From: Verrucomicrobiia bacterium
Lineage (GTDB): Bacteria; Verrucomicrobiota; Verrucomicrobiia; Limisphaerales; UBA11358
Assembly: GCA_035776755.1 (NCBI GenBank)
Contig: DASTWS010000014.1
Coordinates: forward strand, 2,405-66,404
DNA: 64,000 nt
Reading direction: 5' to 3'
Position numbers and translations under genes: made by a program
Notes under the pieces: model-generated
Database searches by the model: none
What the model was told of the DNA's origin: nothing
Seen by the model: the letters and a program-made list of their open reading frames with translations, nothing else
In this document: positions 18,901-25,914 of the stretch, piece after piece
Layout: each line of letters starts with the position of its first letter
Numbering within the stretch: the stretch's first letter is position 1

Positions 18901-19665
18901 GCTCAAAGCGGTCCAATAAAAAACATTTGTCGCGCCGCCGCCCACTTCCGAATGCACAAAGGCAACATGAAACCATTGGTTGGGAACAAAGGCATTGGCG
19001 CCGGATGACGGAATATTGGCAAAAATATCATTGGCACCGACGGCGCCGGCGCCCTGGCCGATAAAGAAAAATTCCATGCGCGCTCCGGTCAACCGGAATT
19101 GAAAGCCGCGGGCATTGTTTGCGCCGCCGTTGTCGCTGCAAACGATTTCCTGATTGCCGTTCGTCCCGGAAACATTGATCAACGCTTCCAGTGTGAAGGA
19201 ATTGTTGGCGCCAACAATAATTCCGTGAGTCGCGAGTGTATCGAAGCTGGCAATCGGCATGGTTCCTGAATTATTGGTGCTCAAGGCAAATCCACCATTT
19301 TTATCCATGTCCACGCCAATGCCGTTGGTTGCGAAACCAACCACATTGCCCAGATTGGCAGCGTTGCCGAAATTGCCGAAACTGAAACCGGTCGCTCCTC
19401 CCGCGCCTAAAATGTTGAAATTTGTCGGCGCGGAAATTCCATAACCGGGATATGTGTTGCCCGTCACCGTGGCAAAAGCCACGGCATTGGTGCCGGCGGC
19501 CAAAGCCCCAGTCGAATTCGTCGCGATGTATGCGCCCGCCGGTTCGTCAAAATGAAATAGAAAGACCGTGTTGGCATCCGGCGCGTAAGGGCCGACAACC
19601 AACGCCGGCGCAAATTGCGGCACGAGTAAAGCAGTTAGCAGCAGTGAAAAACGGATTTTTTTCAT
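15982..19665 (-). CDS. Giant secreted LamG + Ig-like + PATR-repeat protein with conserved 60-aa C-terminal module
   Basis: 1227 aa with signal peptide MKKIRFSLLLTALLVPQFAPA. LamG_3-like N-domain is LFHFDEPAG...WFHVAFVH...GKIDEVRISNVARSANQM. About 700 aa of PATR-type repeats follow. The protein ends ...LTLSWPQDHLGWILQSQTNTLSSGLGTNWTDV...SVFFRLRYPN. Confidence 0.75.
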   Translation of the reverse strand: MKKIRFSLLLTALLVPQFAPALVVGPYAPDANTVFLFHFDEPAGAYIATNSTGALAAGTNAVAFATVTGNTYPGYGISAPTNFNILGAGGATGFSFGNFGNAANLGNVVGFATNGIGVDMDKNGGFALSTNNSGTMPIASFDTLATHGIIVGANNSFTLEALINVSGTNGNQEIVCSDNGGANNARGFQFRLTGARMEFFFIGQGAGAVGANDIFANIPSSGANAFVPNQWFHVAFVHSEVGGGATNVFYWTALSDSAVAANAVGTNTAALIDPADPMPLVIGNEGRAAGSSMGSAEGLFGKIDEVRISNVARSANQMMFYTPTITFTTQPADQTITTNQTATFTAVAAGSGTITYQWYSFDATSTNAISGATANSLSVTSGSAPGTTNYFVVASNGGISTPATSSVVQLNIRIPLNLTWAGIGANWDASSLNWTTNNNTSQTAYTEPDNVTFNNLGSAQPNVSLVQTLHPASVTISGSTAYVLNGTGAIAGPGSLTMNGNGTVTLDTTNSYTGGTTVNSGTMQIGDSTTSGTIGTGPLLDNAAVAIRPGPSFGFLLTNAISGNGSLTINGGSGSSVTFQGSNGLSGGISVLAGSFHPQNTFALGTGPVTVSSGAQIYPDTNTNLNSGTLTLNGTGISGDGALRKGGGGTTTLGSAIVLGSDTTIKLDGGATLAMTNDAGINGATANANLTLNGDGGSSGSMAGLISLGNGALTVGGGTWTVSPNNNYTTTTINGGTLLVTGPLSLGPVPGSFNASQVTLNGGALGSATNVTLADGNIGIMVNANSTISATGTSVFTVSNNISSANGTVTLTKSGSGMVVLDGANSFSGNLNVDSGSTSANDGVLVIASPNALANIGIPGGFQGTPFIAIRNNNSGSSTLALDGSLGSVTIESDISFAGRNNNVSAINNLAGNNTISGNFELQVGGGLYAIQSDSGTLTLSSPQPIPYSTPTSSGRILTFQGAGNIVVSAQIQDGSNNGSSNVWNSVTKFGTGVLNLSAANSYNGATTVSNGVLSITGSIAGSAVTVAGGLLVGNGSIGGPVSVQAGGSIEAGATNSIGTLNLGNTLALGGNTVVKINKGGGTHDLFNGQSSVTYGGTLTVTNLSGTLTTNDTFTLFSPGTSASNFSSIAGSPGPGLAYSFTNGVLSIVGGIASNPTNIIFNVSGNTLTLSWPQDHLGWILQSQTNTLSSGLGTNWTDVPDSGSITSTNITVNPSNASVFFRLRYPN

Positions 19666-19727
19666 GGAGGAAGGATTACGTTGTTGGTTCTGTGGCGATG
19701 GATAAGGCTAGCACACGCCCGAGAAAA

Positions 19728-19757
19728 TTTCCCATCCCCCAAATACGGGATGCTAGG
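19728..19757 (-). promoter_or_regulatory. Conserved palindromic motif, copy 1 (candidate response-regulator operator / promoter element of the 19665->9170 operon)
   Basis: Core ATCCCCCAAATACGGGATGCTA (19734-19755) lies 68 nt upstream of ATG 19665. It contains the inverted repeat CATCCC-N8-GGGATG. It is 20/22 identical to copy 2 at 22888-22909. Confidence 0.45.
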
Positions 19758-19771
19758 CGAAACCGCGAAAC

Positions 19772-20449
19772 TCAAGGATTGGAAGTCATGTAACGCGCCA
19801 CGGCTTCCGCCCGCGAACGGACATGCAATTTCTCGTAAATATGCTTCAAATGGCTGCCAACGGTTTCCACGCTCAACGACAATTTATCCGCGATTTCCTT
19901 GTTGGAATAACCCTTGGTCAGCAGGATCAAAACCTCTTCCTCGCGCGTCGTCAAATGCACGCTCTGCTCGCGCGTTTTGGCCGGACGCCGGAACGATTCG
20001 ATGACGCGCCGCGCCACTTCGCTGCTCATCGGCGCGCCGCCGCGCGTCACTTCGAGCAGCGCCGCGTGCAAATCCGCCGGCTTGGTGCGCTTGAGCAGAA
20101 AACCGTCCGCGCCGGCCTGCAATGCCATAAAAACCAATTCGTTGTCGTCCACGCCGGTCAGCATCACGACTTGTGTTTTCGGAAGGATTTCTTTCAAGCG
20201 TGACGTGCATTCGATGCCGGACATGCGCGGCAGAAAAATATCCATGAGCACGACGTTTGGTTTTGCCAGCGGAATGCTGCGCAGCGCTTCTTCGCCGGAA
20301 GCGCAAATGCAATCGCAGGAAAAGTCCGGAAATGAATTGATGAGTTTCGACCAGCTGTCGCGCAGATCGGCTTTGTCTTCGACGAGCGCAATTTTCAAGC
20401 GGCGAAGCGCGACGCCGGATTCAGAAGTTTTCGTGATATCGGATCTCAT
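19772..20449 (-). CDS. Response regulator, NarL/FixJ (LuxR-type HTH) family
   Basis: REC domain (KIALVEDKADLR...VVLMDIFLPRMSG) plus LuxR HTH (LTTREEEVLILLTKGYSNKEIADKLSLSVETVGSHLKHIYEKL). The start overlaps the kinase stop by 4 nt (ATGA). Confidence 0.9.
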   Translation of the reverse strand: MRSDITKTSESGVALRRLKIALVEDKADLRDSWSKLINSFPDFSCDCICASGEEALRSIPLAKPNVVLMDIFLPRMSGIECTSRLKEILPKTQVVMLTGVDDNELVFMALQAGADGFLLKRTKPADLHAALLEVTRGGAPMSSEVARRVIESFRRPAKTREQSVHLTTREEEVLILLTKGYSNKEIADKLSLSVETVGSHLKHIYEKLHVRSRAEAVARYMTSNP

Positions 20450-21966
20450 CGGTGATTTGGTGTTTGGATTTCGTCGGCCCGAAGCGTGCCATTTTCATTT
20501 TCAGCGATGTCGTGATTGTTTTCTTCCGGCAAAATCCGGTTGAGCCAGCGCCAGCGCCGCCGCGTGACGGTGAGCGGCAAATGAAATTCAATCCGGCAAC
20601 CCATGCCGGGCGAAGTGTAAATGAAAAATTTCCCGCCGGCTTCTTCCATTCGTTGGGCCATGTTCGTCAAACCGTTGCGCGTCCAATCCGCCCGGGCGGC
20701 GTCGAAGCCGTGACCGTCGTCTTCCACGGCCACGAACAATCCCTCGCCTTTCCGGTAAATGCGAAGGAACAGTTCACTCGCGCCGGAATGTTTCGCGGCA
20801 TTGGCGATGGCTTCCTTCACCGCGAGCAATAAATTCCGCCGGATCGCCAGATCAAACGGCGTTGGCGGCAATTCATCCTCCACGTCAAAACGGCAGCGGA
20901 TTTCCGTGCTCTGGCAAAACCATTGCGCGTATTTGCAGACGAACGCCGCAAAATCGCGCACTGTGTCGCGGCGCGAACTGACGGCCCAGACAATTTCATC
21001 CATCGCATGGCCCAGGTCTCGTGCCTGTTCGCAGATGCGGTCAATCTGTCCGCGCATTTCGGATTGCGCGGGCAATTCATTTTGCGCCAACTCGCCCAGC
21101 AACACCAATTGCGTGAGGCGCACGCCTAAATCGTCGTGGATGTCGCGGGCGATGCGGGCGCGTTGCATATGCAAAAGCCGTTCCGCCCGGGCACGTGACG
21201 TGAGTTGCGTGAGCAGCCAGATGCAGATAACAACCGCCAGGCCGAGCAGCGAGAGCAACGTGACCTGAAACCAAAGCTTCTGCCAGAAGTGCAGGACGAT
21301 CGGTTGCAATGGCGGCACGGATACAATCGCATACGGCCACGGTTTCCAGGGATCGCCATAAACTTTGCCCACAATGACGGCGGATGCCCAATTCGCGCGA
21401 GGCGATTCTTCGTCCAACCAGTTTTTATCTTCGAGCGGCGCGATTTTCCATGAGTCATCGGAAAGAATTTCGACCGGTTTGTCGCCCGTTTCGGCTTCCA
21501 ACGCAAACATCAGTCCGCCAGCCAACCGGTCATTAAAGGCTTCCACTGCCAGCACATGAGGTCCCGGCGTCAACAGCGAACGCACGTCGTATTCGGTAAT
21601 CGTTTTCCAGTCACTGCCCTGCCCCAACTCCCGGCCGTCGAGAAACAGCCGATAGCCATTGTCCACGGTGATGTAAATCGTGGCGCGGGAAATAACGGTT
21701 CGCGCGGGGATATTGACGGAATGCCAAAAATGGATCGTTTGCTTGTCGCGCGTTTCTTTGTCCCAAATCCAGTATTTCGTATGCTTGAGCGCTTCTGTCA
21801 TCTGCGCGCGGCTGCGGTCGTCGTCCTGGGAAAAGCTCCGGGGCGTTAAAGTGAACAACAATAAAGCCACCACGATCCATCCCGTTGCAGATGGAAAATT
21901 TAGTTTCTGCGGCGACGACATTGACGGATATGAAAATTTAAGCAACCGAACCGGCAAATGCAACAA
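20446..21966 (-). CDS. Sensor histidine kinase (HisKA_3 / NarX-DesK type) with periplasmic galactose-binding-like sensor domain
   Basis: 506 aa. It has an N-terminal TM, a ~170-aa extracytoplasmic beta-sandwich-like domain (TIYITVDNGYRLFLDGRELGQGSDW...GPHVLAVEAFN) and a second TM. The dimerisation/phosphoacceptor region is IARDIHDDLGVRLTQL. The HATPase_c region is NAAKHSGASE...VEDDGHGFD. The start could be M16 (21921). Confidence 0.85.
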   Translation of the reverse strand: MLHLPVRLLKFSYPSMSSPQKLNFPSATGWIVVALLLFTLTPRSFSQDDDRSRAQMTEALKHTKYWIWDKETRDKQTIHFWHSVNIPARTVISRATIYITVDNGYRLFLDGRELGQGSDWKTITEYDVRSLLTPGPHVLAVEAFNDRLAGGLMFALEAETGDKPVEILSDDSWKIAPLEDKNWLDEESPRANWASAVIVGKVYGDPWKPWPYAIVSVPPLQPIVLHFWQKLWFQVTLLSLLGLAVVICIWLLTQLTSRARAERLLHMQRARIARDIHDDLGVRLTQLVLLGELAQNELPAQSEMRGQIDRICEQARDLGHAMDEIVWAVSSRRDTVRDFAAFVCKYAQWFCQSTEIRCRFDVEDELPPTPFDLAIRRNLLLAVKEAIANAAKHSGASELFLRIYRKGEGLFVAVEDDGHGFDAARADWTRNGLTNMAQRMEEAGGKFFIYTSPGMGCRIEFHLPLTVTRRRWRWLNRILPEENNHDIAENENGTLRADEIQTPNHR

Positions 21967-22014
21967 CCGCCGGATCGCTCCAGCGGTTGAAACACAATTC
22001 GTGTAAACAGCGGA

Positions 22015-22818
22015 TCAGAATTTGCGACGGAGCCATGCCAGGCAGGCAACGCTCATTCCTAAAAATGCCACGGTGGAAGGTTCGGGAACGGGCACAATCG
22101 CCAAATTGAACAGATCACCCAATCGTGGCGTGCCGTTTCCACGCACATCAGTGTAGAATCCAATCGTCGTGCCGACCGTAGTCGAAGTGGTAAATGTGTC
22201 GGTGCCCAACAAAGTGTAATCCGAACTTCCATTCGTTTGATAATAAATGCTGAACGTGGAATCGCTCGTCCGTGCGATGGCCAGTGAGACGATCGGCGTT
22301 TGCAAATTTTGCGCCTGCAATAAAGCAAATTGGCCGACCGAACCGTCAGTTCCGCTGGCGGCCACGTGCGCATTGCCAGCTCCGTCCGTTGCGCGGATGC
22401 CGGCATACAAATAATCCGTCTGGCCGCGTGTATCGGTAGTCGTTCCGTCCGCCGCGGTCGGATTGGGATTGCTGCCCACGGCGATGCCAAAATCATTGGC
22501 GCCGGTGGTCTGCCAATTTACCGAAACGGTCAACATATCGCCGACAGGCAAAAACGCTCCCGTTGTGTCAAAATACACACCTTGCACCGCAGTGCCGGAA
22601 AAACCGCTGACGTTCACTCCCAAGCCGTTTGCCCCGCTCGAAAATGAAACCGCCGTGCCGGTGGAAGCGCCCGCGTAAAGCAATGGCGTCCAAACATAAT
22701 TCAAAGTGCCCTCGTTGATAAGGCTGTCGGTAAAGCCGGTTTGTGCGCGCGCCGTGACGCATGCCAGAGCTGCGACCGCTGAAATCGCCAATGCCGTTTT
22801 GATTGAACTTCCTGTCAT
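22015..22818 (-). CDS. PEP-CTERM sorting-domain protein (beta-sandwich-like passenger)
   Basis: The ORF track gives 22015..22896. I prefer ATG 22816-22818, which gives MTGSSIKTALAISAVAALACVTARAQ. The C-terminus VPVPEPSTVAFLGMSVACLAWLRRKF is a canonical PEP-CTERM tail (PEP + TM + basic tail). Confidence 0.8.
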   Translation of the reverse strand: MTGSSIKTALAISAVAALACVTARAQTGFTDSLINEGTLNYVWTPLLYAGASTGTAVSFSSGANGLGVNVSGFSGTAVQGVYFDTTGAFLPVGDMLTVSVNWQTTGANDFGIAVGSNPNPTAADGTTTDTRGQTDYLYAGIRATDGAGNAHVAASGTDGSVGQFALLQAQNLQTPIVSLAIARTSDSTFSIYYQTNGSSDYTLLGTDTFTTSTTVGTTIGFYTDVRGNGTPRLGDLFNLAIVPVPEPSTVAFLGMSVACLAWLRRKF

Positions 22819-22881
22819 AGTTGATGTTGGTTTGATTGATTTACGGGTTTGTTCGGCGACTTTATCAAACCAGCCGATCAC

Positions 22882-22911
22882 TTTCATATCCCCCAATCAC
22901 GGGATGCTATA
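22882..22911. promoter_or_regulatory. Conserved palindromic motif, copy 2, in the divergent region between the PEP-CTERM/kinase/regulator operon and the GH106-like gene
   Basis: Core ATCCCCCAATCACGGGATGCTA (22888-22909). It lies 69 nt upstream of ATG 22818 (minus) and 43 nt upstream of GTG 22953 (plus). Confidence 0.45.
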
Positions 22912-22952
22912 AATACTCCACAAAAAAAATTAAGGCGGTATCGTTTACTGAA

Positions 22953-25856
22953 GTGAATTTCCGACGACCAATTTTTCCATGGCAAGCCCATGCATTTTTT
23001 CTTGCCGGCTTGATTTTATGCCTCGGTATCCGCGGCAAGGCCCAAAGCGATCTGGAAACCGGCTGGCAAAACCCGCCGCAGGAAGCGCGGCTCTTTGCCT
23101 ATTGGTGGTGGCTTAACGGCAATGTGACGACAAAGTCCATCGCCCATGATCTTGAGCAGATGAAAGCCAAAGGCTTCGGCGGCGCGGTCATCATTGATGC
23201 CAACGGCGCGAACCAGTGGGGCAATGCGCCCGTGCCGCACGGACCGGATTTCTTTTCGCCGCAATGGCGCGAACTTTACAAATACACATTGCGCGAAGCC
23301 AATCGCCTTGGCCTCGAAATCAGCCTCAACATCCAAAGCGGATGGAACCTTGGCGGGCCGATGGTCACCGCCGATGACGCCGCAAAAAAAATGGTCTGGT
23401 CGACATTGAAAATTTCCGGCCCGGCAAATTTCAACAGCGAGCTGCCAAAACCGCAATCGCGCGAGAATTTTTATCGCGACACCTTTGTCATCGCTTATCG
23501 CGTCAACGAAAATCAACCGCCTCATCGTCCGCTGGAAAACTGGCGCGAAAAAGCCCTGCTCAAAACGCTGGAACCATTTTCCACGCCAAGCACCGAACCG
23601 CTCTTTCAGGAATTTCCCGCCTCGCCCGGCGAAGCAGACACGCGCGCCGCGGACGTCATTGATTTGAGTTCTAAACTTGGCGCGGATGGAAAATTGAATT
23701 GGCAGGTTCCGACCGGCACGTGGCAAATCTTCCGCTTCGGTTACACCGTCGGTGATCGCGCCTACGTTTCCACCGCCAGCGATAACTGGCAGCGCGCGCC
23801 CGGCGCCACTCACGATTCCTATGCGATCGACGTTTACGACGCCGGCGCGTTCAATCGTTATTGGAACGCAGTCGTCGCACCGCTGATCCGGGATGCCGGG
23901 CCGCTCGCCGGAAAAACCTTGAAGTATTTGCACACCGACAGTTGGGAAATTGAAAACGCCAATTGGACGCCGACATTGCGTGAAGAATTTTTGAAACGTC
24001 GCGGCTACGATTTGGTTCCGTGGCTGCCGGTCATCGCCGGAAAAATTGTCAACAGCCGTGACGAAAGCGACCGTTTCCTGTTCGATTTCCGCAAAACGCT
24101 CGGCGAATTGACGATTGATAATCACTACAAACTGTTCTGCGATTACGCGCACCAACATGGTTTGGAAATCCATCCCGAATCCGGCGGCCCGCATGCCGTG
24201 CCAATTGACGCGCAACGCGACCTCGGCTGGGATGACGTGCCGATGAGTGAGTTTTGGGCGTGGTCCTGGGAACATCGCATCGGCGATGAAAACCGATTTT
24301 TTGTAAAGCAACCCGCCAGCGCCGCGCACACTTACGGACATCGCATCACGCAGGATGAAGGTTTTACGACGATCGGCCCGAATTGGCAGGAACGGCTTTG
24401 GAACAATTTGAAACCGTCGTTCGACAAAGCGCTGTGTGAAGGCATGAATCGCCTTGTCTGGCATGCTTTTGTCTGCTCGCCGGATTCCACTGGAATTCCC
24501 GGCCAGCAATATTTCGCCGGCACGCATTTGAATCCGAAAGTGACGTGGTGGAACGATTCCGCGCCATTTTTCGATTACATCAACCGCTGCCAATTTTTAT
24601 TGCAGCGGGGAAATTTCGTGGCCGACGTTTTGTATTATTACGGCGACCACGTTCCGAATTTTGCGCAACTCAAAAAATCCGACCCGGCAAAAATTCTTCC
24701 CGGCTACGATTACGATGTCATCACCGAAGAAGCGCTCATCGAACGCGCCAGCGTTCGCGACGGCAAAATTGTTCTGCCGGACGGCATGAGTTACCGGATT
24801 TTGGTTCTGCCGAATCACAATGTCATTTCGCTGCCGGTCCTGAAAAAAATCCGCGACCTTGTCGCCGCCGGCGCGACCATTGTCGGCCCAAAACCGCTGA
24901 AAGGCGAAACGCTGAAAAATTATCCGGCGTGCGATGCGGAAATCACAAAGCTCGCCGATGAACTGTGGAACGGGAAAAATTTGAAAGGTCGCGTCATTTC
25001 TAACAAAGGCGCGCGAGAGGTTTTGCTCGATGACGGAATTCTGCCGGACTGCGAATTTCAATCGCAAAGTTCCGACGGCGATTTCGATTACATTCACCGC
25101 ACGGACGGCGGCGCGGAGATTTATTTTGTCGCGAACCGTTCGACAAATGCCGCTGTCGCCAACTGCATTTTCCGCGTTGCCGGCAAAGCGCCTGAACTTT
25201 GGAATCCGGTCACCGGCGAGCGCAAATTCGCCGCCGCTTACGAAGAAAAAAATGGACGAACGATCGTCCCGCTCGATTTCAATCCCTGCGGCTCGTGGTT
25301 CGTCATTTTCCGCGAACCGGCTGCAAACCATCCGGCAACGATGAAATCGAATTCGCCGGAATTGAAACCGATCGCGGAAATTTCCGGCGCGTGGACAGTT
25401 CATTTCGATCCGAAATGGGGCGGCCCGGCGTCAGCGCAATTCAATTCGCTCGTCGATTGGACGACGCAGCCGGAATCGGGAATCAAATTCTATTCCGGCA
25501 CGGCCATTTATGAAAAAACGATCGACGTTCCATCGTCAGCAATCGGCAATCCGCGATCAAAAATTTTCCTCGATCTTGGCGATGTCCATGAACTGGCGGA
25601 AATTCATTTGAATGGAATAGATCTCGGCATCGTCTGGTCGCCGCCGTTCCGCGTGGATGTGACCGGCGCACTCAAGCCGGGTAAAAACAATTTGGAAATC
25701 AGCGTCGTCAATTTCTGGCCGAATCGCATCATCGGCGATGCCAGCCTGCCATCAAACCAGCGATTCACGCGCACGAACATCCGCAATCTGCAAGCGAATA
25801 CGCCTTTGATGTCGTCCGGTTTGCTCGGACCGGTCAGCCTGCTGGAATCGCAATGA
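22953..25856 (+). CDS. Large secreted glycoside hydrolase, GH106-like (alpha-L-rhamnosidase-type) with C-terminal galactose-binding-like domain
   Basis: The ORF track starts at ATG 22836, which would overlap the divergent gene and the motif. In-frame GTG 22953 gives (M)NFRRPIFPWQAHAFFLAGLILCLGIRGKAQS, a signal peptide. The N-terminal WQNPPQEARLFAYWWWLNGNVTTKSIAHDLEQMKAKGFGGAVIID and the C-terminal LDLGDVHELAEIHLNGIDLG...GKNNLEISVVN match my recollection of GH106-type proteins, which are often annotated 'GH2 sugar-binding'. The family call is tentative. Confidence 0.55.
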   Translation: MNFRRPIFPWQAHAFFLAGLILCLGIRGKAQSDLETGWQNPPQEARLFAYWWWLNGNVTTKSIAHDLEQMKAKGFGGAVIIDANGANQWGNAPVPHGPDFFSPQWRELYKYTLREANRLGLEISLNIQSGWNLGGPMVTADDAAKKMVWSTLKISGPANFNSELPKPQSRENFYRDTFVIAYRVNENQPPHRPLENWREKALLKTLEPFSTPSTEPLFQEFPASPGEADTRAADVIDLSSKLGADGKLNWQVPTGTWQIFRFGYTVGDRAYVSTASDNWQRAPGATHDSYAIDVYDAGAFNRYWNAVVAPLIRDAGPLAGKTLKYLHTDSWEIENANWTPTLREEFLKRRGYDLVPWLPVIAGKIVNSRDESDRFLFDFRKTLGELTIDNHYKLFCDYAHQHGLEIHPESGGPHAVPIDAQRDLGWDDVPMSEFWAWSWEHRIGDENRFFVKQPASAAHTYGHRITQDEGFTTIGPNWQERLWNNLKPSFDKALCEGMNRLVWHAFVCSPDSTGIPGQQYFAGTHLNPKVTWWNDSAPFFDYINRCQFLLQRGNFVADVLYYYGDHVPNFAQLKKSDPAKILPGYDYDVITEEALIERASVRDGKIVLPDGMSYRILVLPNHNVISLPVLKKIRDLVAAGATIVGPKPLKGETLKNYPACDAEITKLADELWNGKNLKGRVISNKGAREVLLDDGILPDCEFQSQSSDGDFDYIHRTDGGAEIYFVANRSTNAAVANCIFRVAGKAPELWNPVTGERKFAAAYEEKNGRTIVPLDFNPCGSWFVIFREPAANHPATMKSNSPELKPIAEISGAWTVHFDPKWGGPASAQFNSLVDWTTQPESGIKFYSGTAIYEKTIDVPSSAIGNPRSKIFLDLGDVHELAEIHLNGIDLGIVWSPPFRVDVTGALKPGKNNLEISVVNFWPNRIIGDASLPSNQRFTRTNIRNLQANTPLMSSGLLGPVSLLESQ

Positions 25857-25914
25857 TTCGCGCCTCATTTTTTTGAATTTTCCGGCGGAACCTTCCACTT
25901 ATCAATCGGAGATT

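Noticed and set aside
22836-22952. ATG 22836 as the start of the 1006-aa glycosidase ORF.
   Set aside because: It would overlap the divergent PEP-CTERM gene region and the conserved motif, and it adds 39 non-signal residues. In-frame GTG 22953 places a signal peptide at the N-terminus.
23016-24593. 525-aa minus-strand ORF opposite the GH106-like gene. Similar long antisense ORFs occur at 2672..3757, 14006..15379, 29828..30808, 51434..52240, 52916..53605 and 59176..60081.
   Set aside because: Each lies fully inside a gene that has strong family motifs on the other strand. Their translations are Arg/Ala/Phe/Gly-rich low-information sequence with no motifs. These are typical shadow ORFs of moderately GC-rich coding DNA.
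25852-25875. Possible terminator AATGA-N8-TCATT + T-run after the GH106-like gene.
   Set aside because: The stem is only 5 AU-rich base pairs, too weak to call as a feature.
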